Below, in pieces: positions 27,856 through 37,616 of a DNA stretch of 64,000 nucleotides. The stretch is from Candidatus Moraniibacteriota bacterium (lineage in GTDB: Bacteria; Patescibacteriota; Minisyncoccia; Moranbacterales; UBA1568). Below the pieces are notes generated by a model. That model was not told the DNA's origin, made no database searches, and saw only the letters and a list, made by a program, of their open reading frames with translations. The first letter of the stretch is position 1. Each line of letters starts with the position of its first letter. Made by a program: the position numbers and the translations under genes. The stretch lies in assembly GCA_018499985.2 (NCBI GenBank), contig JAHBAT020000005.1, forward strand, positions 15,805-79,804, given 5' to 3'.

Positions 27856-29235
27856 CTAATTTGACACCAGGTTATACGTCTCATTTTCAAGCACACTTCC
27901 GATAGTCACCGTATCTGTTTTTGTGACAAAGCCTGATTTCGAAATCTCTATATCATAGGTACCAGATGTGAGAGCTGGTAAGCTTTCCGGAAAATACACC
28001 TCTCCAAAAGCGTCTGTCGTAAGAGTAACATCATAAGGCAAGGTAGTATTAGAAAGCTTGACGCTTGCTCCTGCTATTGGAGATCCATCAGCATCATTGA
28101 CTACTGAGGCTTTTAGAGAAGCAATGTTTTTATCAAGCATCACCGCTGTAATATCTGCATTTGCTCCAGGTAGAGCATCATAGATTGTCTTACTTGTACC
28201 TTCAGGGGTAATTTTCCAAAATGCATAATTTGCTGTGTCTGGCACGGTCACTGTGTACTGGCCATAGCTTTCATTGTCATACTTTTTTTCGCCACTCGTA
28301 TTCGTAGTACTCGTACTACTGAACTGATATACAGTAGCTGATGTACTTGGATTGGTGCCAAGGACACGTCCACCCGCTAGAGTAAATCCAATACTTGGAA
28401 CATCTGTCCCGAAGGGATCTTTTGTTCTCAGTGTGATATCAACTTCTTGATCCATGACGATAGACTTTTGATTCAAGGATGCTGCCACCACCGTAGCGTG
28501 CACATCTACCGGACTATATGCTGTCGTAGGGTATGCAGGAAAAGTACTTGCTCCATAGTATCCACTCTTTGAAACCGTAATTGTATAGGCTTCCGTTCCC
28601 GCTGGGGCACCAGGTAAGGTTACGTTACCTGTCGCGTCGGTAGTCACTGTGGTATCTATACTTGAACTTGCTTTTTGTATACGCACATTTGCGCCCGATA
28701 CACCTACACCAGCCGCGTTTAAAACATTAATAGAAAGTGTCCCGCCGCCACTAGCACTCTCTACTCCGTTAGGAGAGAAATTACCAAAAAGAGCTATGGT
28801 CTGATCAGATCCAAGGCCACCCCATGAGACAGTCACGCGCACCTTCTTGTAGTCGGTTGGTATGGTGTCTGCTGGCGTCACCCCATCAAAGCTATCATCT
28901 ACATACTGCACAAAAGTATCTACATGATATTTCGTCGTATTGACACTTATGTCCTCTTCTTCGATAAGCTCACCTGCCGGGATACCATACACCCAGGCAC
29001 TTCCATTCCAGTGCTTTGTACCAATGTTGTCATAAGGAAGACTGCGGATAATCTCCATACGCTGGTTAGCCAGTGCTGTCGCACCTAGGCGATTCTTCGA
29101 CTCAAGTATAGTGCGCATCGTTACTATATATGTCTGAAAAAAGACCATGGAAATAATCCCAAAAAGACCAAGAAAAATAACCACTTCAATAAGCGTAAAT
29201 CCCCCCTTCTTCTTTTGTTCTTTTATATTTTTCAT
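27856..29235 (-). CDS. giant pilin-like protein with two carboxypeptidase-regulatory-like beta-sandwich repeats
   Basis: MKNIKEQKKKGG/FTLIEVVIFLGLFGI prepilin leader (start set to ATG 29235). Repeats: GVGVSGANVRIQ...DATGNVTLPG...TVSKSGY and GSPIAGASVKLS...DAFGEVYFP...EISKSGF. Confidence 0.75.
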   Translation of the reverse strand: MKNIKEQKKKGGFTLIEVVIFLGLFGIISMVFFQTYIVTMRTILESKNRLGATALANQRMEIIRSLPYDNIGTKHWNGSAWVYGIPAGELIEEEDISVNTTKYHVDTFVQYVDDSFDGVTPADTIPTDYKKVRVTVSWGGLGSDQTIALFGNFSPNGVESASGGGTLSINVLNAAGVGVSGANVRIQKASSSIDTTVTTDATGNVTLPGAPAGTEAYTITVSKSGYYGASTFPAYPTTAYSPVDVHATVVAASLNQKSIVMDQEVDITLRTKDPFGTDVPSIGFTLAGGRVLGTNPSTSATVYQFSSTSTTNTSGEKKYDNESYGQYTVTVPDTANYAFWKITPEGTSKTIYDALPGANADITAVMLDKNIASLKASVVNDADGSPIAGASVKLSNTTLPYDVTLTTDAFGEVYFPESLPALTSGTYDIEISKSGFVTKTDTVTIGSVLENETYNLVSN

Positions 29236-29379
29236 CTTAATAACTTTCACTCTGATAGGAAATTGTTTTAATTTAGATGAAATATAAGGCATGAGCGAAG
29301 CGCGGAGTAAGTCGTACTTTATACAGTACGACGTCGAGCACTAGAGCTTATAACGAAATAGTTCGCTAAATTAAACAAT

Positions 29380-30600
29380 TTACTTAATGTTCTCAAGCAC
29401 AGAATACATCGGCTGTAACATCGCCACTGCAAAAAACCCTACACCTCCACCAATAAGGAGCATCAGAATCGGCTCGATAATAGAAGACATGTTTTTGGTG
29501 ATTTGAGAAACTTCTTCTTCATAAAATTCTGCCAAACGACGAAGCACCATTTCGGTCTTACCAGTTTCTTCTCCTACCTCTAAAATCTGTGGCACGAGAA
29601 TCGGAAAGAGCTTCGGATAACGTCCAATAATCTTTGAAAGTTCTGTTCCTTTCTCGATCTCACCGACCGCTTCAAGAATAGCGTTTTTGTAGTGCACGTT
29701 GCCAAGTGTCTTCGATACAATACCGAGTGAAGTTACTACCGATACACCACTCTTCAAAAGCGAGCTATGAATACGTGCGAAGCGTGCACAGTTTACCTTG
29801 ATTACAATATTGCCCACAATTGGCATATATAAATACAGTCGCCCAAAAAAAGACTGTCCGGCTGCCGTTTTCGCAAAGGCACTCACAGCAAAAATGACTA
29901 CGAGTGTACCTCCGCCAGCCAATATATAATGATTACGCAAGAAATCACTAAATGCCATAATAGCCAGCGTAGAAGCAGGAAGAGTGACATTCATATCCTT
30001 AAATACTCCTGTGATTCTTGGGAGAATATACGTGAGCATCAGAATGCCGATACCAATCATAGCCACCACAATGACTAACGGGTAGATGAGTGCGCCTCGC
30101 ACCTTACTAAGCAAATCATGCTCTTTTTCGAGCTGAGTAGCGAGAATATCCAGCACCTCTTCGAGATTACCAGATACTTCACCCACCGCTACCATGTTGG
30201 TAAACAACTCATTGAAAATCTTAGGATACTTAGCTAGACCTTCTGAGAGCGTCTTTCCACCCTGCACTTCTTCAAAGACATCTTCGAGAATCTTACGGAA
30301 GCCTTTGTGGGTTGTCTGTAAACTCAAGTTATGAATACCTCGTGAAAGAGTCAGTCCTGAAGAAACCATCACAGCAAGATTGCGAGTAAAAACCATCTTT
30401 TCCTTCAAAGGCACAGACTGAAAACGATCAAAAAACTTAATATTTATCTGTGTTTTTTCTACTACCTCTCGATGCGAAGTAAGAAGCATACCTTGACCTC
30501 GGAGCTCCTGAGCGAGTTCTTTTTCATCTTTGGCTACCATTTCTCCAGAATGCGGCTGCCCCGTATCAATTGCTTTTGCCGTGTATAAAAATTTCGGCAT
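29380..30600 (-). CDS. pilC: type IV pilus platform protein (GspF/PilC family)
   Basis: Start set to ATG 30600 (MPKFLYTAKAIDTGQ...). Two GspF repeats with polytopic TM segments. Confidence 0.9.
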   Translation of the reverse strand: MPKFLYTAKAIDTGQPHSGEMVAKDEKELAQELRGQGMLLTSHREVVEKTQINIKFFDRFQSVPLKEKMVFTRNLAVMVSSGLTLSRGIHNLSLQTTHKGFRKILEDVFEEVQGGKTLSEGLAKYPKIFNELFTNMVAVGEVSGNLEEVLDILATQLEKEHDLLSKVRGALIYPLVIVVAMIGIGILMLTYILPRITGVFKDMNVTLPASTLAIMAFSDFLRNHYILAGGGTLVVIFAVSAFAKTAAGQSFFGRLYLYMPIVGNIVIKVNCARFARIHSSLLKSGVSVVTSLGIVSKTLGNVHYKNAILEAVGEIEKGTELSKIIGRYPKLFPILVPQILEVGEETGKTEMVLRRLAEFYEEEVSQITKNMSSIIEPILMLLIGGGVGFFAVAMLQPMYSVLENIK

Positions 30601-30682
30601 AAAAATATGTCTTTTAAAGTTTTTGTTTGACTTAATTATAACACAAAAAACTCCTCGCCAAGGAGGAGTTTTGTTTATCTGC

Positions 30683-31606
30683 CTAAAAACTGAGGCGCTT
30701 CTTGAATTCAGTAAAAACTTTCGGCCCTCTTGGATGAGGTAAAAAGACGAGCGCTTGATCACTGGCTTCTATATAACTTCCCAAGAGCTGTGTATTTGGA
30801 TTTTTAGCAATCTTTTTTTTCTGCCAATCCTTACAGAGTGACGTGGCTGGCAACCCTCTTACAAAGGCCTCGAGAAAAGACTGCATACTCTTCTTCCATG
30901 CACTTTCCCGAAGAGTAAAACGATCCTGCAAAAAAGTAGCTCCATACTGTGGCTTAAAGCGACTAATCCAACGGTTTGCTATTTCAAAACGAGCAAAGGT
31001 TTTGACACCATAAAGAAGTCTCATGGTCTGATACTCATGCGCACCATAAAGATCCTTATTCATTATTTCCAGCTGGTCATCAGTAATAAAATAATTCAAA
31101 CAAGCACGATCCTCTACCTTTTTGCCATAACGCCTTTTGCCAATAAGATGGAGAAATCCTGTTAGGATAAAACGCCCAATCCAAATTTTCCTTGCCTGCA
31201 TGACGATAAACATATCCCAATCACTTCTTTTTTTACCATGTTTAAAGGCCAGACTTCCTGTGGCAGCAATCATCCGGACAAAAGGCATGAACACCAAAAT
31301 ACGCACAAGCTTTTGCATTCTTTCAAGTTTGCGGGCAGATAACTTTTCTCTTTGAATACGCTCTCTCACAAGAGCTTCCCTTCCTAAGAGAAAGACAAAG
31401 CCATTTTTTTGTCCTAGTTTTTTTTGAAGCTCGGGCGTAGCCAGTGCCAAAATCACATCTTTGAGCTTAGCTTTATCGGTGCCAGAAGTTTCCTGATACG
31501 AAATCAGTTGACGCCATAGCTCATACGAGGTCAAAGGAAAATCAAGAACATCATAGTAGGTTACTGTGGCCAAGATATTCTTATGCAGATTGGCAACAAG
31601 GTTCAT
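30683..31606 (-). CDS. nucleotidyltransferase-fold protein (tentative)
   Basis: 307 aa. ATGSLAFKHGKKRSDWDMFIV fits the Pol-beta NTase hG[GS]-x(9-13)-DhD pattern. Otherwise unrecognised. Confidence 0.4.
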   Translation of the reverse strand: MNLVANLHKNILATVTYYDVLDFPLTSYELWRQLISYQETSGTDKAKLKDVILALATPELQKKLGQKNGFVFLLGREALVRERIQREKLSARKLERMQKLVRILVFMPFVRMIAATGSLAFKHGKKRSDWDMFIVMQARKIWIGRFILTGFLHLIGKRRYGKKVEDRACLNYFITDDQLEIMNKDLYGAHEYQTMRLLYGVKTFARFEIANRWISRFKPQYGATFLQDRFTLRESAWKKSMQSFLEAFVRGLPATSLCKDWQKKKIAKNPNTQLLGSYIEASDQALVFLPHPRGPKVFTEFKKRLSF

Positions 31607-31617
31607 AGCAAGACTTT

Positions 31618-34410
31618 TTAGAGATACTTAGCAGTAAAACTTTTCTTCACCCCTTTTAACTTAGCTGGTGTACCAGCATAAACCAACTCTCCACCCAATG
31701 CTCCGCCATCTGGCCCAAGCTCTATCACCCAATCTGAAGCTTTTACAACATCCACATTATGCTCCACTACCAATACGCTATTACCCTTATCTACAAGAGC
31801 ATCTAGCACTTCCAGTAAACGACGCACATCTTCAAAATGTAGACCAATAGTAGGTTCATCCAGGATGTACAGGGTTTTACCTGTAGACTTGCGCGCCAGC
31901 TCAGTGGCCAGCTTGATACGCTGTGCCTCACCACCAGAGAGATTGGTAGCGCTTTGCCCAAGTACTAGATATCCAAGTCCCACTTCTTCAAGAACTCGCA
32001 ACTTCTCTTCAATCATAGGCTGATCCAAGAAAAAGCGCCTGGCTTCAGTAACGGTCATTTGCAAAATCTGAGCTATATTCGTTCCGCGATACTCGATAGA
32101 AAGAGTCTTTTGATTATAACGAGTTCCTAAGCAGTACTCACACGGAACGTAAACATCCGGGAGAAGATACATTTCAATTTTCTTCATACCACCACCCTGA
32201 CACTCTTCACAGCGTCCTCCGCGCATATTGAAACTAAAATGACTGGCGCTAAATTTCTCGCGCTCTGCTTCAGGTGTAGCTGCAAATAAATCTCGGATAA
32301 GACCGAATACTCCCGTATACGTAGCAGCATTACTTCTTGGCGTGCGACCTATTGGATCCTGATTAACAGTAATCACCTTATCAATATGTTCTATACCAGT
32401 AATTTTTTTGTGCTCACCAGGCTCTGCCTTAGCATGATAAAACTGTTTTGCTAATGCCTTAGACAAAATACCATGAACCAAAGATGATTTACCTGAGCCC
32501 GATACACCCACTACAGAAACAAGCATCCCTAGAGGGAAACTGACATCGACGTTTTTTAGATTATGTTCCTTTGCTCCATGAATAGTCAGCATATCTCCAG
32601 AACCTTTGCGTGTCTTTGTTTTTTCGCTCACCTTACGCTTACCATTGAGATACTCAGCTGTGAGTATCTTAGATTTCAAAAGCTCTCCAGGAGTGCCTGC
32701 AAAAATCACTTCTCCACCTTCGCTACCAGCACCCGGCCCCATATCTATGACATAGTCAGCTTGTTTCATGATAGCGACATCATGCTCCACCACTACCAAA
32801 GAATTATTGGCTCCTCGTAAATCTTCGAGTGCTGCAAGAAGCTTCTCAGTATCTCGACTATGTAGCCCTACTGATGGCTCATCGAGAACATAGATAATTC
32901 CAGAAAGACCCGACTTCATCTGTACCGACAGGCGGATACGCTGAGCCTCACCACCAGAAAGGGTATGGGCTCCACGACGGATTTCTAGATATCCAAGTCC
33001 TACTTTCTCTACTGCTTTAAGCCTTGTCGACATTTCACGAAAAAGCGGCTCCACAAAAGCCTTCTGCTCACCTACTGCAAGCTTTTTTTCTAAAGCCGGA
33101 AGCGCATCTAAGAGCCTATCAATACTCTCTTTAGCAATATCATCGATAGAGTATCCACCCAAAAGCACTGCCAATGAACTTTTTTTGAGACGCTTTCCTT
33201 CACATTCACGACATATCTGAGAATGCATATATGCTTCTATATCTCCGCGTAGATGATCCGACTTTGTTTCTCTGTACTTACGCTCCAATAATTCGATTAC
33301 TCCCGGGAAACCATCTTCTTTACCTTCGCCATACAAAAGAGTATCTAATTGTTTTTTGGGTAACTTTTTGACTGGAACCTCTGTATTGATCCGTAACCGC
33401 TTGGCTGCTTCGAGAAGTTTAGATAAAGGCCCGTGGCCATTTTCGCGCCCACTATTCATCTTACTCCAAGGCCGTACTGCTCCTTCTAGAAAAGAAAGAT
33501 TTTTATTTGGTATCACCAGCTCAATATCAAAAGCCAAAGTCATCCCAAGACCTGAACACTTCTGACAAGCTCCCTCTGGGTTGTTGAAAGAAAAATGACT
33601 TGGTGAAAACTCTGGAAGAAACACCTCGCAATCTTCACACCGATACTCTTCATTATAAAGCGTACGATCACCGGTCTCGGCAAACACCACTGTCTGTGTA
33701 CCATGACCCAACTGAAAAGCTGTTTGCAGGTTATCCAAGATACGTTCTTTGTCAGGTCGTCTCAGATCCAGATTCATACGATCAATCACGAGTTCGTATC
33801 GATGGATTTCTGACCCGCTCGCTTCTCTCGCAGCTTCAGCAATACCCATTACCTCTCCGTCTTTCATGACTTTTGGATACCCCCAAGTCTGAATCATTTG
33901 GAGAGCCTCTTTCTCTGATTTACCACGCAAGGTAAAGCTCTCTGTCGTAAAGATGAGAGCTGTATTATCAGGGAGACCGAGAATCTCTTCCAAAATTTGA
34001 CGTACGCTCTTGCGTGTCAATTTTGTACCACAGCTCGGACAATGTGGCTCACCAAGCTTGGCATAAAGCACTCGGAGATAATCATAGACCTCCGTCATAG
34101 TACCCACCGTCGAACGTGGACTACGAGAAACACTTTTTTGATCAATAGAGATTGCTGGGGAAAGATTATGGATGGCATCTACATCAGGCTTCTCAAAACC
34201 ATCTAGGAAGTTACGAGCATATGAAGAAAGCGACTCGACATAACGACGATTCGCTTCAGCAAAAAGAGTATCAAAAGCTAGAGAAGATTTTCCTGAACCT
34301 GAAAGACCTGTCACCACTACAAGGGCGTCTCTCGGAATATCGACATCGATATTCTTAAGATTATTGACTCTCGCCCCTCGCACTTCAATGACCGATTTTT
34401 TGGCTGGCAT
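31618..34410 (-). CDS. uvrA: excinuclease ABC subunit A
   Basis: Two ABC modules ([25 protein letters not shown], two LSGGEAQR signatures) and zinc-finger Cys pairs. Start at ATG 34410. Confidence 0.95.
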   Translation of the reverse strand: MPAKKSVIEVRGARVNNLKNIDVDIPRDALVVVTGLSGSGKSSLAFDTLFAEANRRYVESLSSYARNFLDGFEKPDVDAIHNLSPAISIDQKSVSRSPRSTVGTMTEVYDYLRVLYAKLGEPHCPSCGTKLTRKSVRQILEEILGLPDNTALIFTTESFTLRGKSEKEALQMIQTWGYPKVMKDGEVMGIAEAAREASGSEIHRYELVIDRMNLDLRRPDKERILDNLQTAFQLGHGTQTVVFAETGDRTLYNEEYRCEDCEVFLPEFSPSHFSFNNPEGACQKCSGLGMTLAFDIELVIPNKNLSFLEGAVRPWSKMNSGRENGHGPLSKLLEAAKRLRINTEVPVKKLPKKQLDTLLYGEGKEDGFPGVIELLERKYRETKSDHLRGDIEAYMHSQICRECEGKRLKKSSLAVLLGGYSIDDIAKESIDRLLDALPALEKKLAVGEQKAFVEPLFREMSTRLKAVEKVGLGYLEIRRGAHTLSGGEAQRIRLSVQMKSGLSGIIYVLDEPSVGLHSRDTEKLLAALEDLRGANNSLVVVEHDVAIMKQADYVIDMGPGAGSEGGEVIFAGTPGELLKSKILTAEYLNGKRKVSEKTKTRKGSGDMLTIHGAKEHNLKNVDVSFPLGMLVSVVGVSGSGKSSLVHGILSKALAKQFYHAKAEPGEHKKITGIEHIDKVITVNQDPIGRTPRSNAATYTGVFGLIRDLFAATPEAEREKFSASHFSFNMRGGRCEECQGGGMKKIEMYLLPDVYVPCEYCLGTRYNQKTLSIEYRGTNIAQILQMTVTEARRFFLDQPMIEEKLRVLEEVGLGYLVLGQSATNLSGGEAQRIKLATELARKSTGKTLYILDEPTIGLHFEDVRRLLEVLDALVDKGNSVLVVEHNVDVVKASDWVIELGPDGGALGGELVYAGTPAKLKGVKKSFTAKYL

Positions 34411-34477
34411 ACGCAAATACCTCTAAGGTTCACAAAAGAATAAGATGTCTCCCAGAATACACCTTTTTTTGCCGTAT

Positions 34478-34519
34478 GTAAAGAGAAAGGGGCTGCCACG
34501 TTGTTCCGTAACAGCCCCT
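34478..34519 (-). terminator. hairpin/terminator candidate downstream of folA
   Basis: AGGGGCTG (34488-34495) pairs with CAGCCCCT (34512-34519). On the minus strand it is followed by TTTCTCTTT. Confidence 0.45.
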
Positions 34520-34559
34520 CTGATTTTGCCCCATTAAAATCTGCGTATCAAGCCCATTG

Positions 34560-35117
34560 TTACTTCTGCCGGATTCGTTCCTCAAGGACTACCCTGTATC
34601 TCCCTTCCCAACCAGAAGACTTCCGACGACATACCGGAAACTCCTTTTTGTTGAAACAGGGAAAAAACGTATCTCCCTGAGGTAGCCTCCCGTACCTATC
34701 TACGATACGTGAGATCAGGATACGAGAAGCATACGGCATAAATGCTTGGTAGATCTGCGCCCCACCAATCACAAATACTCTCTCTCCCTCAGTTCTGAAA
34801 CGCTCAATCATCATAAGCGCATCTTCGATGGAAAACGCTGGGATATACGAAGCGTCACCTCGTGGATCTTCTCGGCTCAAGACGATGCTTGTCCTGCCGA
34901 GAAGCGGGTGTCCATTGCGGCGGATAATCGACTCCCAGGTCACTCGCCCCATCACCACCAAGGAATGACAGGTCCGAGCCCGAAAGATTTCCATATCCGT
35001 TTGGATATGCGGCCAAGGCATGTCACCCCCAAGCCCGATAATGCGCTGCCGGCCCATATAAGCAGCGACGAGACTGAGTTCATATGGCAAAAATACCACT
35101 GCATCCTCTCCTACCAT
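34560..35117 (-). CDS. folA: dihydrofolate reductase (GC-richer cassette 2)
   Basis: LSLVAAYMGRQRIIGLGGDMPW, MGRVTWESI, VIGGAQIY and GDTFFP motifs are typical of DHFR. Confidence 0.8.
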   Translation of the reverse strand: MVGEDAVVFLPYELSLVAAYMGRQRIIGLGGDMPWPHIQTDMEIFRARTCHSLVVMGRVTWESIIRRNGHPLLGRTSIVLSREDPRGDASYIPAFSIEDALMMIERFRTEGERVFVIGGAQIYQAFMPYASRILISRIVDRYGRLPQGDTFFPCFNKKEFPVCRRKSSGWEGRYRVVLEERIRQK

Positions 35118-35164
35118 TTGAGTGTCGTAATTCTAGGTCTACTCCTCTCCTGGTTTCTTGTCAA

Positions 35165-36451
35165 CTACTTCAAAAGAAAGTTCTTACGACTACGCTTCCG
35201 ATGAAAAGTAATCGCAAAACGATGCGCTTCTGAGTTGACCAAAAAAGCTTCTTTTTTAAAGCGCTCTGCCAAGGCTGCTACCCCCTTTACCTCTCTTGGT
35301 CGATGACGTTCGTCTTTGACTACTGAGAGAACCGGAATGGTAATTTCCATTTCAGCAAGTACTTTTTCAGCTACTCGAATATGTATATCACTTCCATCTA
35401 CCACTATCACCTCAGGGTATGGCCACTCCGGGTGCGCAAAACGCCTCCGAAGTATTTCTTCCAAAGCCGTCAGATCATTGCCATTGTGCTTAGCTCGCAA
35501 TTTAAACTGGCGATACTCGCTTACTTGTGGATGACTATTTTGCACTACTGTCATCACACCTACAGCAGACTCGCCCTGAAGATGCGCCACATCAAAGGCC
35601 TCTATACGATGACGCTCTTCTTCCGCTAAATCATTTTTGACCAAAGCAATATCCTCTATATGCTTCAAACCAAAAAGCACCTTTTTTATTTCCTGTGCAT
35701 CTTCATAGCGTTGTTCCTGTGCCGCTTTAGTCATGGCTTTTTCCAAATCCGCCAAGACCATACTTTTCTTGCCCTGAAACATGAGCCGGATATGTCGCAA
35801 GATTGCCTGGTATTCTTTGACACTTATACGACCCACGCAGACCCCTGGACATAAGCCAATCTGTGCCGAAAAGCACGGTCGTGCTTTGAGCTTAGCTTTG
35901 TCACTTAGCTCCTCATACGGTATACATTTATCTCGATATGGAAAAAGCTTACGCACTATCTTCATCGCTTCACGCAATCCTCCTCCATCAGGAAAAGGTC
36001 CAAATGAATACTTGATAGCCTCAGTAAATTTCCCCTGGGCTATATCACGACTCCGCACCACGAGCACTCGTGGGTAAGTCTCTTTGGTAATCACGACTTG
36101 ATTATAACTTTTGTCATCTTTAGAGCTCGTATTGTAAACAGGCTGCACTTTCTTAATCAACTCCGACTCAAGCAAAAGAGCTTCTAGAACCGAGTCGCTT
36201 TTCCGGTAGCCTATAGCAAAAATAGACTTCATCATAAGCTCTATCTTAGGACCACGAGTTTCCAGCATATCTTGCACAAAATAGCTTTTGACTCTATCCC
36301 GAAGAGAGGTGGCTTTACCGATATATAAAATTTCATTTTTTTCAGACAAGAAAAAATACACTCCCGGGTATTCCGGTAGAGTGTTTTTTTGGAGAAAATC
36401 AGCTAAAAATATCTGTTCTTCCCAAAGATTTTTTTTGACTCTTTTTTCCAT
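35165..36451 (-). CDS. uvrC: excinuclease ABC subunit C, short form without C-terminal (HhH)2
   Basis: GIY-YIG N-domain (PGVYFFLSEKNEILYIGKATSLRDRV), a UVR-like segment and an endonuclease domain (IEAFDVAHLQG...EAHRFAITFHR). Start set to ATG 36451. The protein ends right after the HRFAI motif. Confidence 0.9.
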   Translation of the reverse strand: MEKRVKKNLWEEQIFLADFLQKNTLPEYPGVYFFLSEKNEILYIGKATSLRDRVKSYFVQDMLETRGPKIELMMKSIFAIGYRKSDSVLEALLLESELIKKVQPVYNTSSKDDKSYNQVVITKETYPRVLVVRSRDIAQGKFTEAIKYSFGPFPDGGGLREAMKIVRKLFPYRDKCIPYEELSDKAKLKARPCFSAQIGLCPGVCVGRISVKEYQAILRHIRLMFQGKKSMVLADLEKAMTKAAQEQRYEDAQEIKKVLFGLKHIEDIALVKNDLAEEERHRIEAFDVAHLQGESAVGVMTVVQNSHPQVSEYRQFKLRAKHNGNDLTALEEILRRRFAHPEWPYPEVIVVDGSDIHIRVAEKVLAEMEITIPVLSVVKDERHRPREVKGVAALAERFKKEAFLVNSEAHRFAITFHRKRSRKNFLLK

Positions 36452-36509
36452 ATAAGTATTCAAGCACTCTTTCTTTCTCTCTGGCAAATACTCTACCAAA
36501 GATAAACCT

Positions 36510-36540
36510 TTGACAATTTTATCTTCTAGGTGTGTAGTAG
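36510..36540 (+). promoter_or_regulatory. promoter candidate for the 36573 gene
   Basis: TTGACA at 36510-36515. The -10 is imperfect (TAGTAG/GTAGTA about 18-19 nt downstream). AAGGGGA RBS before ATG 36573. Confidence 0.3.
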
Positions 36541-36572
36541 AAATAACAGTACCTACCCAAAGGGGATTACTC

Positions 36573-36953
36573 ATGCCAAGAGGTGACACATTCAGCCTCA
36601 TGGCTGACGAAATTCTCAAAGACATCAAGGAACGTGGTGTCAATTTCAATAAAGCTTTTTCATGGGCTGCTCATAGGCGCGGTGTATTTCACGAAAAAAA
36701 CCGTGAACAATACAACGACTGGTTCACTCAAGTCCGCAAACGTGTTTCCGAAAAAGAAAATGCTACCCTAAGGAAATCCCTCCGAGGTAAGCGTCCTTGG
36801 CAGCACGGAAAAATAGTCCAGACCACCTGCCGCAGAAAAAAATGGCGCCCCGATGACCCCTGGGGTCACGAAGACGAAGACAACTTCATTTTTCCTGAAA
36901 ACGAAGCGCTCCTTGCTCGCCTACACCACCACCTCCCCCTCACTGACGACTAG
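36573..36953 (+). CDS. hypothetical basic protein (cassette 3, X1)
   Basis: 126 aa from ATG 36573 (MPRGDTFSLMADEILKDIKERG...). The 5' extension in the ORF track starts at the TTG of the -35 box and overlaps the uvrC 5' region. Confidence 0.5.
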   Translation: MPRGDTFSLMADEILKDIKERGVNFNKAFSWAAHRRGVFHEKNREQYNDWFTQVRKRVSEKENATLRKSLRGKRPWQHGKIVQTTCRRKKWRPDDPWGHEDEDNFIFPENEALLARLHHHLPLTDD

Positions 36954-36996
36954 TGATAAACCTGATCATTGGTCGTCTTCTTTTTTATGTAAAAAT

Positions 36997-37040
36997 GAAA
37001 AGCGACGCAACCCGTTTGGGAATACGCCGCTTTTGATTTT
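36997..37040. terminator. bidirectional terminator between convergent X1 and X2
   Basis: AAAAGCGACGCAACCC-GTTT-GGGAATACGCCGCTTTT imperfect hairpin, flanked by an A-run and a T-run. Confidence 0.5.
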
Positions 37041-37060
37041 CCTGAATTCAGGATGTGTCC

Positions 37061-37435
37061 TTAGGCTGCTTCATCGAAGCTAGAGAAGATTGGCGAATCA
37101 GGAGTTGCCCGATACCATCCAATTTCCTCCGAATGAAGAAAATAGGAGAACATATCGCAATTCGGATCAATCAGCCGACTGGTCGGCGTGATATTGGCAC
37201 CATGCCGCTCATAGCAGATAGCTGTGACCGATCGCTGGATAGCAGCCTGAGCCATATCAAGCTCATTGGGCAACATCAGCCCGTGCGTCTCACGATCGAG
37301 ACCATACGGAAACCGCCGATTGAGAAAACTAATAATCTCATCGCGACGCATATCTGCTTCGCCTTCATAGTCCGCAAGGCCTTCCTCGATAGTACGCGCC
37401 CGCAATTCCTGTGCGGGCAACTTGCCAAAACTCAT
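37061..37435 (-). CDS. hypothetical protein (cassette 3, X2)
   Basis: 124 aa acidic protein with protein-like composition. GAAGGGGA RBS and its own promoter. The plus-strand 164-aa overlap looks like an antisense artefact. Confidence 0.55.
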   Translation of the reverse strand: MSFGKLPAQELRARTIEEGLADYEGEADMRRDEIISFLNRRFPYGLDRETHGLMLPNELDMAQAAIQRSVTAICYERHGANITPTSRLIDPNCDMFSYFLHSEEIGWYRATPDSPIFSSFDEAA

Positions 37436-37484
37436 ATAAGTATCCCCTTCTTTTTAAATAACTGTCGGAAAATTCAGCGCCTAT

Positions 37485-37513
37485 ATACTAACACGCTATT
37501 TCATTTTCGTCAA
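37485..37513 (-). promoter_or_regulatory. sigma70-type promoter for X2
   Basis: Minus strand TTGACG (37513-37508), 17-nt spacer, TAGTAT (37490-37485) preceded by TGt (extended -10). Confidence 0.5.
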
Positions 37514-37544
37514 GTATATCTTATTATCATCAAACCATCCTTCT

Positions 37545-37585
37545 TATAAAGTAAGAGGCGGGCCCTGAGATTCTCAGAGCCCGCC
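37545..37585 (-). terminator. terminator candidate for X3
   Basis: GGCGGGCCCTGA/TCAGAGCCCGCC, roughly 11-12 bp paired with one mismatch (37557-37585). It lies 30 nt downstream of the X3 stop. Confidence 0.5.
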
Positions 37586-37616
37586 CTTGTTTGATTGTTT
37601 TTGGCCTTAGCTGGCG

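Noticed and set aside
34746-35204. 152-aa plus-strand ORF over folA
   Set aside because: It is antisense to a frame with unmistakable DHFR motifs.
37055-37549. 164-aa plus-strand ORF over X2
   Set aside because: It is Arg/Ile/Cys-rich and junk-like, and it runs through the X2 promoter and the X1/X2 terminator. The minus-strand frame has an RBS, a promoter and protein-like composition.
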